64,000 bases of DNA from the IMG/VR virus record IMGVR_UViG_3300029288_004137, positions 1 to 64,000 of that record; one strand, given 5' to 3'. Origin of the DNA: a virus (Duplodnaviria; Caudoviricetes). Both the position numbers and the translations under genes were made by a program. The notes under the pieces were generated by a model. That model was not told the DNA's origin. It ran no database searches and worked only from the letters and a program-made list of their open reading frames with translations. Below, in pieces: positions 50,045 to 59,640 of the stretch (its first letter is position 1; the number at the start of each line of letters is the position of its first letter).

Positions 50045-50335
50045 TCTATTACCTTTCTTCCGGTGATAGAGAAAAAGCATCATGCTTCTTAATTCTATTT
50101 ATATGTTAACTCCTTGATATTATTCAATTCACATTTTATTGTATCACTTTTCTCTAGTGAAGAGAAAAGAATCATGCTTTTTAAAATCTATTTGTATGTT
50201 AACTCCTTGATACTATTCAATTCACATTTTTTGGTATACTTTCTTTCCAGTGAAGAGAAAGAGGTATGAATTGAATATCATGTAAGTATTGTTAACACTA
50301 TGATAACATTCAATTCATACTTTTTGGTATACTTT
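50045..50335. repeat. three 93-bp tandem units, each with a hairpin and an IHF-like site
   Basis: Minus-strand TATCAAGGAGTTA at 50107 and 50200; TATCATAGTGTTA at 50293. Confidence 0.75.
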
Positions 50336-50375
50336 TTCTTATATAAAGCGCAATCATCTTAAGCATTAAGTTTTT

Positions 50376-50899
50376 AACTGTTTCTTTTCAAACCGGCTTA
50401 TCTCGTATATGATTCATTGTATCACCGTTAAATTAATTGTTTTTAATACAAAGATGATATATTCAATATAACAAAAATTGTTCAGGACCATCTCTAATTG
50501 AATTCATTGTTTTATCGCCTTCAATTGCATTTACGGAAGTTTAAAAGGCACCTGATATAATTCTGTTATAAAGCGCCTATCAAATACAATCATCATTCTT
50601 ACGTACAAGTTTAACAAGTCATGACAATTGTTAATTGTTGTATAGAACAATACTTCATTCTATTTTATCGTCAAGAAAACAGCATTGTATTTGATAGACT
50701 TATTCAATGTATTTTATAACCAATCACCTTCCTTTCAAAGAGAAAACATAAAATCATATCTTGTTTCCATTGCTTATAATAGACCATTCCACTCAAGGCC
50801 CAATGAAATCTATTGCGTCAGCTCTTGGTCAGGCTAGTTTATTTTAACGCGCTACAAGACTTTGACTTTGCTTATGTTTCTTTGTTAAAAAAAACAGTT
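50376..50899 (-). ncRNA. putative large multibranched ncRNA
   Basis: No ORF of 60 aa or more; nested stems 50376-50388/50887-50899 and 50577-50590/50684-50697. Confidence 0.4.
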
Positions 50900-50926
50900 G
50901 ACAAACAGAATCAAATGTGGTAAAAT
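50898..50926 (+). promoter_or_regulatory. sigma70 promoter with no downstream plus-strand gene
   Basis: TTGACA-17-TAAAAT with TGn extension. Confidence 0.6.
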
Positions 50927-51085
50927 CGGATTAAATCCGATTTTTTTCTGTTATAAACCCGAAGTTATGCCATAAAATGATTCTATTTTTGTAACCATGT
51001 TAAATCATGGTACAATTTGATTGAAACATTTGGAACATTTCAATTTTATTCATAATTTAAAAGAGCGAGGGATTTACTTAATTGC

Positions 51086-51340
51086 TTAACGAGCAATAGT
51101 CGTGAGTTTAGCATTTTCGGTGCTACGGTTTTCTTCGAGTACAGAGAGATAATCGTTCAAGAAGGCGATTTCTTTTTCGATTCTTGATTTCAGAAGGGAA
51201 AGGGTATCTTTTTTGGATACATCGTTAGAGATAGAGATATGGAAAAGTATGTTTGCCAGATCTTTTTCTTTTTTTTCAATCTGGGAGATAGTCATGTTCA
51301 ATTCTTTGAAGAAGAGATTGACTTTCGTATTCTTTTTCAT
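51086..51340 (-). CDS. hypothetical protein
   Basis: Own promoter and SD. Confidence 0.65.
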   Translation of the reverse strand: MKKNTKVNLFFKELNMTISQIEKKEKDLANILFHISISNDVSKKDTLSLLKSRIEKEIAFLNDYLSVLEENRSTENAKLTTIAR

Positions 51341-51414
51341 GGTATGTTCCCTTTTCAGGTGTTGTTCCCTAACTCTCTATTATATACTCATCATAGCACA
51401 GGTTGAATCAAGAG

Positions 51415-51630
51415 TCAAGCTTTTTCTGAAGGAGAGCAAGAAGCAATATGTTTGACCAGAAATTTGACGGTTTCAAGATTGCTTTCATCATCAGAGACAC
51501 AAGCGCCATGTTTGAGTAGCAATTTGACGGTTTCAAGATTGCTTTCATCATCAGAGACATGAACATCAGCGCCATGTTTGAGTAGCAATTTGACAGATTC
51601 AAGATTGCTCGTATTCTTATTCTTTCTCAT
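51415..51630 (-). pseudogene. degenerate ankyrin gene with internal duplications
   Basis: SNLE.VKLLLKHGA repeated. Confidence 0.6.
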
Positions 51631-51922
51631 GGTGTGTTTTCCTTTTTAAGTGTTGTTTTATTCTTTAACTCTTTATATATTTTCATCATAATAGCACGGA
51701 TTGGATCAAGAGTCAAGGCTTTTCTTATATCTATTGATGGAAAAGAAGAGACCTACTGTTATGAAGAAGAATACTATTGACGTGGGAAAGAATTCCTTTT
51801 TTTTCCTAACCTTTCATATATTCATCATAGCACGGATTGGATCAAGAGTCAAGGCTTTTTTTCCATCAAAAAGAAGAGACATGTCATTATTATAAAGAAT
51901 AGTACTATTAACATGGAGAGTA

Positions 51923-52186
51923 TCACAAAGGACGCCTAAGATTATTGTCAGAAAAAGGGGTAGAGACTTTCATTGAGAAATCGAGTACAATAGATTCGGA
52001 TATAGGAAGATCTTTATCTTTACGAATACCCGTCAAATGTTGACAAAAAGAAGAATAGACTGTATTGATATAGAGTTTATTTACATCCTCGTCTTGATGA
52101 TCTTTAACGATACAAACTCTATTTATTAATCCACAAACAGGGCAAGTAACAAGATTAAGATCAAACATTTCGATATTTTTAAACAT
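51923..52186 (-). CDS. CPxC zinc-binding hypothetical
   Basis: CPVC..CQH. Confidence 0.6.
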   Translation of the reverse strand: MFKNIEMFDLNLVTCPVCGLINRVCIVKDHQDEDVNKLYINTVYSSFCQHLTGIRKDKDLPISESIVLDFSMKVSTPFSDNNLRRPL

Positions 52187-52357
52187 TGTTATTATTTTCC
52201 TTTTATTTAATTATTAAAAGTGAAACAATTTACTAAGGAACCATATAACTCCAAAAACTTCAAGGATACATTGAAAAACTTCAATACCTTTCATTTTATT
52301 TATTTGTGATCTTATTTCTTTTCTTCCTTTCATATATTCATCATAGCACAGATTGAA

Positions 52358-52615
52358 TCAAGAGTCAAGTTCTTTTTTTGACAAAAGAGCAAAAAAGTGA
52401 TTATTGTAGATATATTTGTATCTGAAGGGAGAAGGTCTATTTATTTCTTTTTTATTCTTTTCTTCGATTAGATAATCATTAATATAGTGAATGATTGTCA
52501 TAATTGAAGAGAATAGAGCAATAATGAGAAGGAACAATGTTTCGATTGAATTGAACATTTTCTTTTCTTTCATAGGAGAAATACAAGAGACAATATAATC
52601 CAAAACAAGAAACAT
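52358..52615 (-). CDS. small membrane protein
   Basis: Hydrophobic helix; start uncertain. Confidence 0.45.
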   Translation of the reverse strand: MFLVLDYIVSCISPMKEKKMFNSIETLFLLIIALFSSIMTIIHYINDYLIEEKNKKEINRPSPFRYKYIYNNHFFALLSKKELDS

Positions 52616-52676
52616 GCAAAGAGCATTAGAATGATATCTACAATCAAAGGATTCTTTTTAATTTCTTTCATATTCT

Positions 52677-52922
52677 TCAATCATCCTTTGTTTTGAACAA
52701 AGGGTTTTTTACAATAACAGGTTTTACATTATTTATGTTCAGAATGATTTTAAAAGAGAATGTTCCTATTTTATGTTCTGAACATGAAGTAGAAAAGTTT
52801 TCGAAATGTTTACAAGCATCAATTTTAAGTGGACGGCTCCGTCCATGATCTTCTTCATGGAATTCGGTTATTTCGTGACATATAGGACATTCTGCTACCC
52901 AAGCTAAGCATGTTCTTTCCAT
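52677..52922 (-). CDS. ECPIC family paralog A
   Basis: W..ECPIC..EFHE..C.HFE..FSFKIIL. Confidence 0.7.
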   Translation of the reverse strand: MERTCLAWVAECPICHEITEFHEEDHGRSRPLKIDACKHFENFSTSCSEHKIGTFSFKIILNINNVKPVIVKNPLFKTKDD

Positions 52923-52970
52923 TTTATATATCCTTTTTCATCCATATTGTTTATATTGTTTATATATATC

Positions 52971-53258
52971 TTAATTCTTGTGTATAGAAAGATATGAACA
53001 ATAGGAGATACCACTATAATCAGTCCAGAATTCAAATTGATTTAATTCAATTTGATTTTCAAGGTAACAATATATTGCTTGGTTTTTTGCAAAGGGAATG
53101 AACATACCTCCGTTAAAAAAAGATAAGGAAGCAATATTATCTATTTCTATTTTTCCACTATCTACCTCATTATTATCTCTATCTACTGAGTCTATAGAAA
53201 TGATGGCTTTATTATTTTTATTATTTTCTTTATATTCTATTTTAAGATGAATTCCCAT
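52971..53258 (-). CDS. IEYK/LNQF family paralog
   Basis: IEYKENN..LNQF.F. Confidence 0.7.
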   Translation of the reverse strand: MGIHLKIEYKENNKNNKAIISIDSVDRDNNEVDSGKIEIDNIASLSFFNGGMFIPFAKNQAIYCYLENQIELNQFEFWTDYSGISYCSYLSIHKN

Positions 53259-53272
53259 TATATTTCTTTCTC

Positions 53273-53500
53273 TTATATTGTTATTGTTTTAAAATAACCT
53301 TTTTTATTGATTTTTAAAATTATTTTAAAAGAGAATTCTCCCTTTTTTCTATCTAAAGAAGCGGTTTCAAAGTGTTCACAAACGGATATTTTTCGGGGGA
53401 CACTTTGACCATCATTTGTTTCAACTTCATGGAATTCGATTATTTTACCGCATATAGGACATTCTGTATCCCAACCAAAGCATACTGTATAATTTTCCAT
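53273..53500 (-). CDS. ECPIC family paralog B
   Basis: Same motifs as 52677. Confidence 0.7.
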   Translation of the reverse strand: MENYTVCFGWDTECPICGKIIEFHEVETNDGQSVPRKISVCEHFETASLDRKKGEFSFKIILKINKKGYFKTITI

Positions 53501-53576
53501 TTTCTTTTTCTTTCTTTTTCAATCGTTCATGCTTAAAGCATATCATAATTTGAGCATAAAGTCAAGAAAAAAATCA

Positions 53577-53867
53577 TCAAAGATCATCGAGGTCATTACG
53601 AAATATATTGAATACTCCGTGATAAGAAGAGAAATCCAAGGGCAATATAGAAAAAGTGAATTGATTCAATTCCTTTTTAGTAAAAAGGGTAAAAAGAATT
53701 ATTTGAAAAGGTACAAGATTGATTGAAGTATCCTTTGAATGATAACAAACGTGCATAAAATCAAATTTTTGTTTAATTTCAATTGATTCACAATTTACAG
53801 AAACGATAATTGTTTGTCTATCTTTATATTCTATTGAAAGATAGATAGGACTATTATTGTTATTCAT
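53577..53867 (-). CDS. IEYK/LNQF family paralog (close to 56153)
   Basis: SKDTSINLVPFQ..ELNQFTFS..RNDLDDL. Confidence 0.7.
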   Translation of the reverse strand: MNNNNSPIYLSIEYKDRQTIIVSVNCESIEIKQKFDFMHVCYHSKDTSINLVPFQIILFTLFTKKELNQFTFSILPLDFSSYHGVFNIFRNDLDDL

Positions 53868-53868
53868 T

Positions 53869-54135
53869 TTATTTTCTATACCTTTTAATAAAAAGCATAA
53901 TAGATTGAAGAGTATCAAGCATGGCTGAGAATTGAAATTGATTTAATTGATCTTTATTATCAAGATCGATATATATTTTTTGTGTTTCTACAAGAGTAAT
54001 AAACGTATCTCCGTCACAAAAGACAAGGGCAGAAACATTGTTTATTTCTGTTTTTTCATCATTTATGAAAATGACAGCTTTGTTATTTTCTTTATATTCT
54101 ATTCTAAATTTAATTTGAAATATTCCCGTTTTCAT
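53869..54135 (-). CDS. IEYK/LNQF family paralog
   Basis: IEYKENNKA..LNQFQF. Confidence 0.7.
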   Translation of the reverse strand: MKTGIFQIKFRIEYKENNKAVIFINDEKTEINNVSALVFCDGDTFITLVETQKIYIDLDNKDQLNQFQFSAMLDTLQSIMLFIKRYRK

Positions 54136-54437
54136 TTTATTTTCTTTCTTTTAATCGTTCATGCTCTAAGCATAACACGCTTTGAGCATAAAGTCAAGAA
54201 AAAAGAATATATCGAATGGATAGACTTAGGATCTATCATCTCTTGACCTTATCGATCTAGATCAAGTGTTTTTACCCTTAAACTACATTCGATATAATAA
54301 CTGATAGATCACATTAGTTGTTTCTTTTTTCTCTTCTTCCATCATATCATAATCATGCTTTAAAGCATGATATGATTTAACTAATCGATCACATTAGTTG
54401 TTTCTTTTTCCTTCTTCATGCTCTAAGCATGATATGA

Positions 54438-54767
54438 TTATTTGGTTGGTTTGTCATTATTGGACATGGAAACGAAAATTTCTTTTGTCTCTATAAACCT
54501 TGAATTGAATTCATTTTTTTCTTTATCTATCACAATGCCCTTGAAATGATTACAAGTTTTGTCGCCTTCATGCCCCATGACATTGAAAACATGATTCATA
54601 TTTCCATTTAAATCAAGAAATCTTTTTACTCTGAGAAGAAGAACAATTTTCTTTTCACATACCGGACATTTGGCTACATACCTTTCAATCTCTATTTCAT
54701 CATGATAGTGATTTGGTATTTCATCGTCAAATTTAAAAAGCACTCTAGCATTCTTCTTGGTATCCAT
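54438..54767 (-). CDS. CPVC protein, tandem duplicate 1
   Basis: MDTKKNA..CPVCEK..C.HFK. Confidence 0.75.
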   Translation of the reverse strand: MDTKKNARVLFKFDDEIPNHYHDEIEIERYVAKCPVCEKKIVLLLRVKRFLDLNGNMNHVFNVMGHEGDKTCNHFKGIVIDKEKNEFNSRFIETKEIFVSMSNNDKPTK

Positions 54768-54880
54768 TTTATATTCCTTTTTTTATGTTTTCTCAATCGT
54801 TCATGCTCTAAGCATAACATAACATGATTATTTAGTTGGTTTGTCATTATTGGACATGGAAACGAAAATTTCTTTTGTCT

Positions 54881-55159
54881 CTATATAAACTTTGATTCGA
54901 ATCCGTTTCTTTCTTTATTTATCACAATGCTCTTGAAATGGTTACAAAACCTATTGCCTTCATGTCCTATGACATTGAAAACATTGTTTTCATTTCCATT
55001 TATATCAAGAAATCTTTTTGCTCTGAGAAGAAGAACAATTCTCTTTTCACATACCGGACATTTGTCTACATACCTTTCAATTTCCATTCCATCCTGATAG
55101 AAATTTGGTCTTTCATCGTCAAATTTAAAAAACACTTTAGCATTCTTCTTGGTATCCAT
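54881..55159 (-). CDS. CPVC protein, tandem duplicate 2 (truncated by GAG>TAG)
   Basis: Close paralog of 54438; downstream DNA still matches. Confidence 0.7.
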   Translation of the reverse strand: MDTKKNAKVFFKFDDERPNFYQDGMEIERYVDKCPVCEKRIVLLLRAKRFLDINGNENNVFNVIGHEGNRFCNHFKSIVINKERNGFESKFI

Positions 55160-55226
55160 TTTATATATCTTTTTTTTGTTTTCTCAATCGTTCATGCTCA
55201 AAGCATAACACGATTTTTTTGGTTTG

Positions 55227-55559
55227 TCAAGGATTATTTTCAGTAAAAAAGTCAACTAAAAAAGTAACATTTTTCCAGAAATGCTCTGCTGATTCCATTG
55301 CTTTCTCAATGGCTTTTTTACCCACGGGATTCATTGAATGAACATTCCACTTAAACCGTAGAATTTTTCCATAAAAAGCACGATATTCAATTTCCTTCGC
55401 AAGATCATATCCTGTTTTTTCATTCATTCCAAGATCATGATCAAAAGAAATCTCAGATATATTGTTATTATCCATTAAATCAATTGCTTCTTTAACGGAT
55501 CTTGCAATTGTCCAAGAAGAATCAGGTGGGTTTCTTATATCATCAAGAAAAATTTTCAT
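55227..55559 (-). CDS. cyclic-phosphate-processing receiver-like domain protein
   Basis: KIFLDDIR, ISFDHDLG..TGYD, VHSMNPVG. Confidence 0.75.
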   Translation of the reverse strand: MKIFLDDIRNPPDSSWTIARSVKEAIDLMDNNNISEISFDHDLGMNEKTGYDLAKEIEYRAFYGKILRFKWNVHSMNPVGKKAIEKAMESAEHFWKNVTFLVDFFTENNP

Positions 55560-55637
55560 GTTTTTTTCAATCCGTTCATGTTTATGCTCTAAGCATAGCA
55601 TGATTTGAAGGCAATGTCAAGGAAAAAACGAATGGAA

Positions 55638-56015
55638 TTAAATTTCCCTGCAAGCGTATAAATCTGCCTTTTCAGAATAACACCCATTGCTTGTTCCATA
55701 CCATCGAATAGTAACAGATCCTTTTATGGTTCTGATATTATAAAAAGCCCACGTTTCACTTATATCGTCATTACCAAAATTTTCAGTGCAGTAAGCATCG
55801 AGAATCTCAGTGTTTTCAAGGTCCGAAAGATCTCCACATATATCTTCAATAGATACATCTTCACAACAATCTTGATCGTGATAAAGAATATATCCAGAAT
55901 TTGAATCTTTTAACTGAAAAACAATGGAGTTTATAAAATATTTATTTTTAAAAACCTTGGAAAAAGTTTTTCCTATCAATTCTTTAAACTCTACAGATTT
56001 ATTTTCAGCGTACAT
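55638..56015 (-). CDS. conserved phage protein (HDQDCCEDV..RWYGTSNG.YSE)
   Basis: Recognisable motif family. Confidence 0.75.
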   Translation of the reverse strand: MYAENKSVEFKELIGKTFSKVFKNKYFINSIVFQLKDSNSGYILYHDQDCCEDVSIEDICGDLSDLENTEILDAYCTENFGNDDISETWAFYNIRTIKGSVTIRWYGTSNGCYSEKADLYACREI

Positions 56016-56152
56016 TTTTATATCTCCTTCAATTTTTAATAAGAGAAGCAATAAAGTTCTTGAAATTTAATTCTTCTTTTTTTCTCTCTTCAATCAATCG
56101 TTCATGCTCCAAGCATAACATGATTTGAAGGCAATGTCAAGAGAAAAGATCA

Positions 56153-56452
56153 TCAAAGATCATCTAGATCATTACGAATTATATTGAATACTCCATTCTG
56201 GAAATGGAATCTCAAGAAGGGCAACATACTAAAAGTAAATTGATTCAATTCCTTTTCACTGAAAAGGGTAAACCGGATTGTTTGAAAAGGTACGAGATTG
56301 ATCGAAGTATCCTTTGAACAATAGGAAACATACATAAACTCAAATTCTTGTTTTACTTCAATTGATTGTTCGTTTACGGAAACGATAACCGTTTGTTTGT
56401 CTTTAAATTGAATTTTGAGATCAATATACTTTATTTCAGTATTATTATTCAT
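56153..56452 (-). CDS. IEYK/LNQF family paralog
   Basis: Paralog of 53577. Confidence 0.7.
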   Translation of the reverse strand: MNNNTEIKYIDLKIQFKDKQTVIVSVNEQSIEVKQEFEFMYVSYCSKDTSINLVPFQTIRFTLFSEKELNQFTFSMLPFLRFHFQNGVFNIIRNDLDDL

Positions 56453-56561
56453 TTTATTTTATGTACCTTTTTTCATGTTCTTCTTTAATCGTTCATGCTC
56501 TAAGCATAGCACAATTCGAGTGCAATATCAAGGAAAAAGTGAATGATTTATATTTCCTTTT

Positions 56562-57698
56562 TTATTGTGCTTTGAAGTTAAAGACTGGTTTCATAATGAA
56601 TTCGATATCTACAGTATCTTTGATAGAATCAATTATTCTTTGAGAATCTTTATATGCCATAGGGCTTTCATCGAGTGTATCTTTTGATATACACTTTGAC
56701 CATACATTTTCCATTGTCTTTTTAAAGGTATCCAAAGACAATGTTTTTTTGGCTTTGGATCTTGCGAGGATTCTTCCTGCTCCATGAGGAGCTGAATAAT
56801 TCCATTCTATATTTTCTTTTCCTTTTCCAATAATAATCCCATCTCTCATATTCAATGGGATTATTAAGTTTTGTCCTTTATAAGCAGATATGGCACCTTT
56901 CCTGATAATTGCTATATCTTTTTGGAATTCGATATAATTGTGGATAGATTCTATTTTAGTTCTAATTCCTTTTTGATTAAAGAAATCAATTAAAATCTTT
57001 TCTGCAATCAGTGCTCTATTAAGTTTAGCATATGCTTGAGCAATGATCATATCATCGAAGTATGCTTGTGCTTCTTTTCCTGTTAAATACTCAAGATTTG
57101 AAACACAAGGATAATTTTTAATTTCTTTGGCAATTGCTTGATGGAAATTAGCAATTCTAAGTCCAAAGTTTCTTGATCCGGTATGGATTGTAAGCCACAA
57201 TCTATCTTGATCATCTTTATCTATTTCAATAAAATGATTTCCACCTCCAAGTGTCCCCAAAGAGCACAAAACATTTTCAATGTTTTGTTCGGTACGACAA
57301 GAAATCTTTTTGATATCAGAATCAAGATAAAAATCTAATACTTCTTTAGGATTAGAATGTTTATTGAATCCTGAAGGAACGTTTTCAATAAGAAAATTAT
57401 GAAAACGCTCAAAATCTATTTCTTTCTTATCATTAATTAAATAAGAAGATACACCGCAACCAATGTCAACCCCCACAATATTCGGGATTATAATTGGTTT
57501 GAGTATGTTAATTATTGAAGTAAACCCAATACAAGATCCACTTCCTGAATGACAATCAGGCATGATTGAAATCTTGCTATCCTTAAAAACAGGATGATTT
57601 ATAAATGTTGATATTTGTTTTGAAGTTTCTTCTTCAAGATCTGAATAATCTTCTAACATAACATCTGCATTTGTATATTTCCCTTCAATTTTTAACAT
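56562..57698 (-). CDS. rtcB: RtcB 3'-phosphate RNA ligase
   Basis: MPDCH, VGVDIGCG, GTLGGGNHFIE, HTGSR, HNY, RKGA, SAPHGAGR, DESP.AYK. Confidence 0.95.
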   Translation of the reverse strand: MLKIEGKYTNADVMLEDYSDLEEETSKQISTFINHPVFKDSKISIMPDCHSGSGSCIGFTSIINILKPIIIPNIVGVDIGCGVSSYLINDKKEIDFERFHNFLIENVPSGFNKHSNPKEVLDFYLDSDIKKISCRTEQNIENVLCSLGTLGGGNHFIEIDKDDQDRLWLTIHTGSRNFGLRIANFHQAIAKEIKNYPCVSNLEYLTGKEAQAYFDDMIIAQAYAKLNRALIAEKILIDFFNQKGIRTKIESIHNYIEFQKDIAIIRKGAISAYKGQNLIIPLNMRDGIIIGKGKENIEWNYSAPHGAGRILARSKAKKTLSLDTFKKTMENVWSKCISKDTLDESPMAYKDSQRIIDSIKDTVDIEFIMKPVFNFKAQ

Positions 57699-57740
57699 TT
57701 TATATTTTTCTTTTTCCTTTGGATTATAATTGTTTTTTTC

Positions 57741-57931
57741 AAGTTAAAAATAGAATTCAAGGATAATCACATGTATTTATTAACGATTTTCATCTTTTTT
57801 CACACTCATATAAGATTTGAAAAAGTATCAACTTCAGAAAACAATTTTTTTAATTCTATATCAGAATAATAAGGAATAAAAATGTAAATCTTATATCTGC
57901 AAGGATTATCCTTGAATTCTATTTTTAACTT
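57741..57931 (-). ncRNA. long-stem structured RNA A (28-bp perfect IR) carrying ankyrin-tail sequence in a loop
   Basis: Arms 57741-57768/57904-57931; inner stem 57808-57818/57886-57896; homologous to 63597-63866; strand inferred from the homolog. Confidence 0.65.
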
Positions 57932-57981
57932 TTCAAAGAACAAATAACAATATTATTGATTTGTTTCTTTTCAACGAAAAA

Positions 57982-58341
57982 TTAATATTAACAAGAGGTT
58001 TTTACTAAGTATAAACAAGTTCAGTTAAAAAGACAGCTCGATCAAATCTTTAAGATTTGAACCTTTTAACAAGAGACTAATATTGTTTAAACGTCACTTG
58101 AAAAGAGAATGATAAATTTCCTCTTTCAAAGAAAAGAAATTGTTTTGTCTTTTAGGTAAATTATTTATACCATTATATTTTAAAACTTCCGGCTGTTAAA
58201 ACATATTATAACAAAGAGAGATTTATCAAAATATATTGAAAGTTATAAAATTGTATAAATCTTTAATAAAATATATCAATAAACAATTTGATTATATTTT
58301 CTACTCTTTGTTTTTTAGTAAAAACCTCTTGCTAATATTAA
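57982..58341 (-). ncRNA. long-stem multibranched RNA B (27-bp IR)
   Basis: Arms 57982-58008/58315-58341 with a G.U pair on the minus strand; several inner hairpins. Confidence 0.6.
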
Positions 58342-58535
58342 CTTCTCAAATAACAAATACAAGATTTTTCTTCTTCTTTTTCTTCTTCTTCTTCTATTTC
58401 GCTCATTAATTGATCAATTTCATATTCATTATCTGTAATTTCAGTAGTAAGACGTGAAATTTCTTCTTCAATTCTGGAATTTCTTGCTTCCAAAATCTCC
58501 AATTTTATTGTAAGCTTAATAATAGAATCTTTCAT
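58338..58535 (-). CDS. acidic coiled-coil protein
   Basis: Own promoter and SD. Confidence 0.65.
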   Translation of the reverse strand: MKDSIIKLTIKLEILEARNSRIEEEISRLTTEITDNEYEIDQLMSEIEEEEEKEEEKSCICYLRS

Positions 58536-58628
58536 TTTATAAACCTTTCTTTTTTATGTTTTCTCAATCGTTCATGCTCTAAGCATAGCACACTTAAAAC
58601 ATGAAGTCAAGAGAAAAAGCACTATGCA

Positions 58629-58907
58629 TTATATTTTTTTATAGTCAAGAGAAAGGAAAAAATTAATTGGCAATGTGATTGTATTAAATGATATATTGAA
58701 AGTATTTTCCATATGCTCTATTATATTTTCCAGCATATCATTAACTGAAATTTCAGGAATATCAGCATTATTTATCCGATCTATATCTGGATAATCACCG
58801 CGAAAAATTTCACACAACTCTATTGATCCATCATTTACATTAGCTTTAATACAAATGGATATTCCATTAGTCATCTGAATAGTCGTTTTCATCGAAAAAA
58901 CTTGCAT
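58629..58907 (-). CDS. triplet paralog 3
   Basis: IELCE..GD..PDI..EHM...F..ITLPI.FF. Confidence 0.75.
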   Translation of the reverse strand: MQVFSMKTTIQMTNGISICIKANVNDGSIELCEIFRGDYPDIDRINNADIPEISVNDMLENIIEHMENTFNISFNTITLPINFFLSLDYKKI

Positions 58908-58944
58908 TTGTTATTTTCCTTCTTTTATCTTTTTTTTTGTTGTG

Positions 58945-59262
58945 TTATGATGGATTTATTGATATATATTCATAATCCATTCGAGGTATAACATTAATAA
59001 GAAAAAAATCAATTGGCAATGTGATTGTTTCAATTGAAACATCGAAATTGAGTTTCATATGTTCTTTGATATTATTCAATAGATCATAAATTGTAAATCC
59101 AGTAAGATTAACATTGTTTAACCAATTGATATCTGGAGAAGCAAGATCACCATGAACAACTTCACACAATTCTATTGTGTTGTCCCTTGTATTAACTATA
59201 ACATTAATTTTAATTTCACTATTTACTCGAATAGTCATTTTTATTGAAGAAATTTGTTGCAT
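58945..59262 (-). CDS. triplet paralog 2
   Basis: Same motifs. Confidence 0.75.
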   Translation of the reverse strand: MQQISSIKMTIRVNSEIKINVIVNTRDNTIELCEVVHGDLASPDINWLNNVNLTGFTIYDLLNNIKEHMKLNFDVSIETITLPIDFFLINVIPRMDYEYISINPS

Positions 59263-59324
59263 TTATTATTTCTCTTCTTTTTTTATCTTTTTTTTTCGTT
59301 GTGTTATGATGGATTTAATATATA

Positions 59325-59612
59325 TTATTCATGATCCATTCGAGGTACAACATTAACAATAAAAAAACCAATTGGCAATATGATTTTTTCAATTGAAACA
59401 TCGAAATTGAGTTTCATATGTTCTTTGATATTATTCAATAGATCATAAATTGTAATTCCAATATCAGCATTTAACCAACTGATATCTGGAGAACCAAGAT
59501 CACCACGAACAACTTCACACAATTCTATTGAATTGTCCCTTGCATTAGCTATAACATTAATTTCAATTTCACTATTTACTCGAATAGTCATTTTCATCGA
59601 AGAAACTTGCAT
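59325..59612 (-). CDS. triplet paralog 1
   Basis: Same motifs. Confidence 0.75.
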   Translation of the reverse strand: MQVSSMKMTIRVNSEIEINVIANARDNSIELCEVVRGDLGSPDISWLNADIGITIYDLLNNIKEHMKLNFDVSIEKIILPIGFFIVNVVPRMDHE

Positions 59613-59640
59613 TTGTTATTTTCCTTCTTTATCTTTTTAA

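Noticed and set aside
50385-50405. RNase P RNA 3' motif (CCGGCTTA)
   Set aside because: No GAGGAAAGTCC 5' motif upstream
53521-53532. glnA riboswitch (ATCGTTCA start)
   Set aside because: It is the reverse complement of the promoter leader; the GGAAG/GAAGGAACG core is absent
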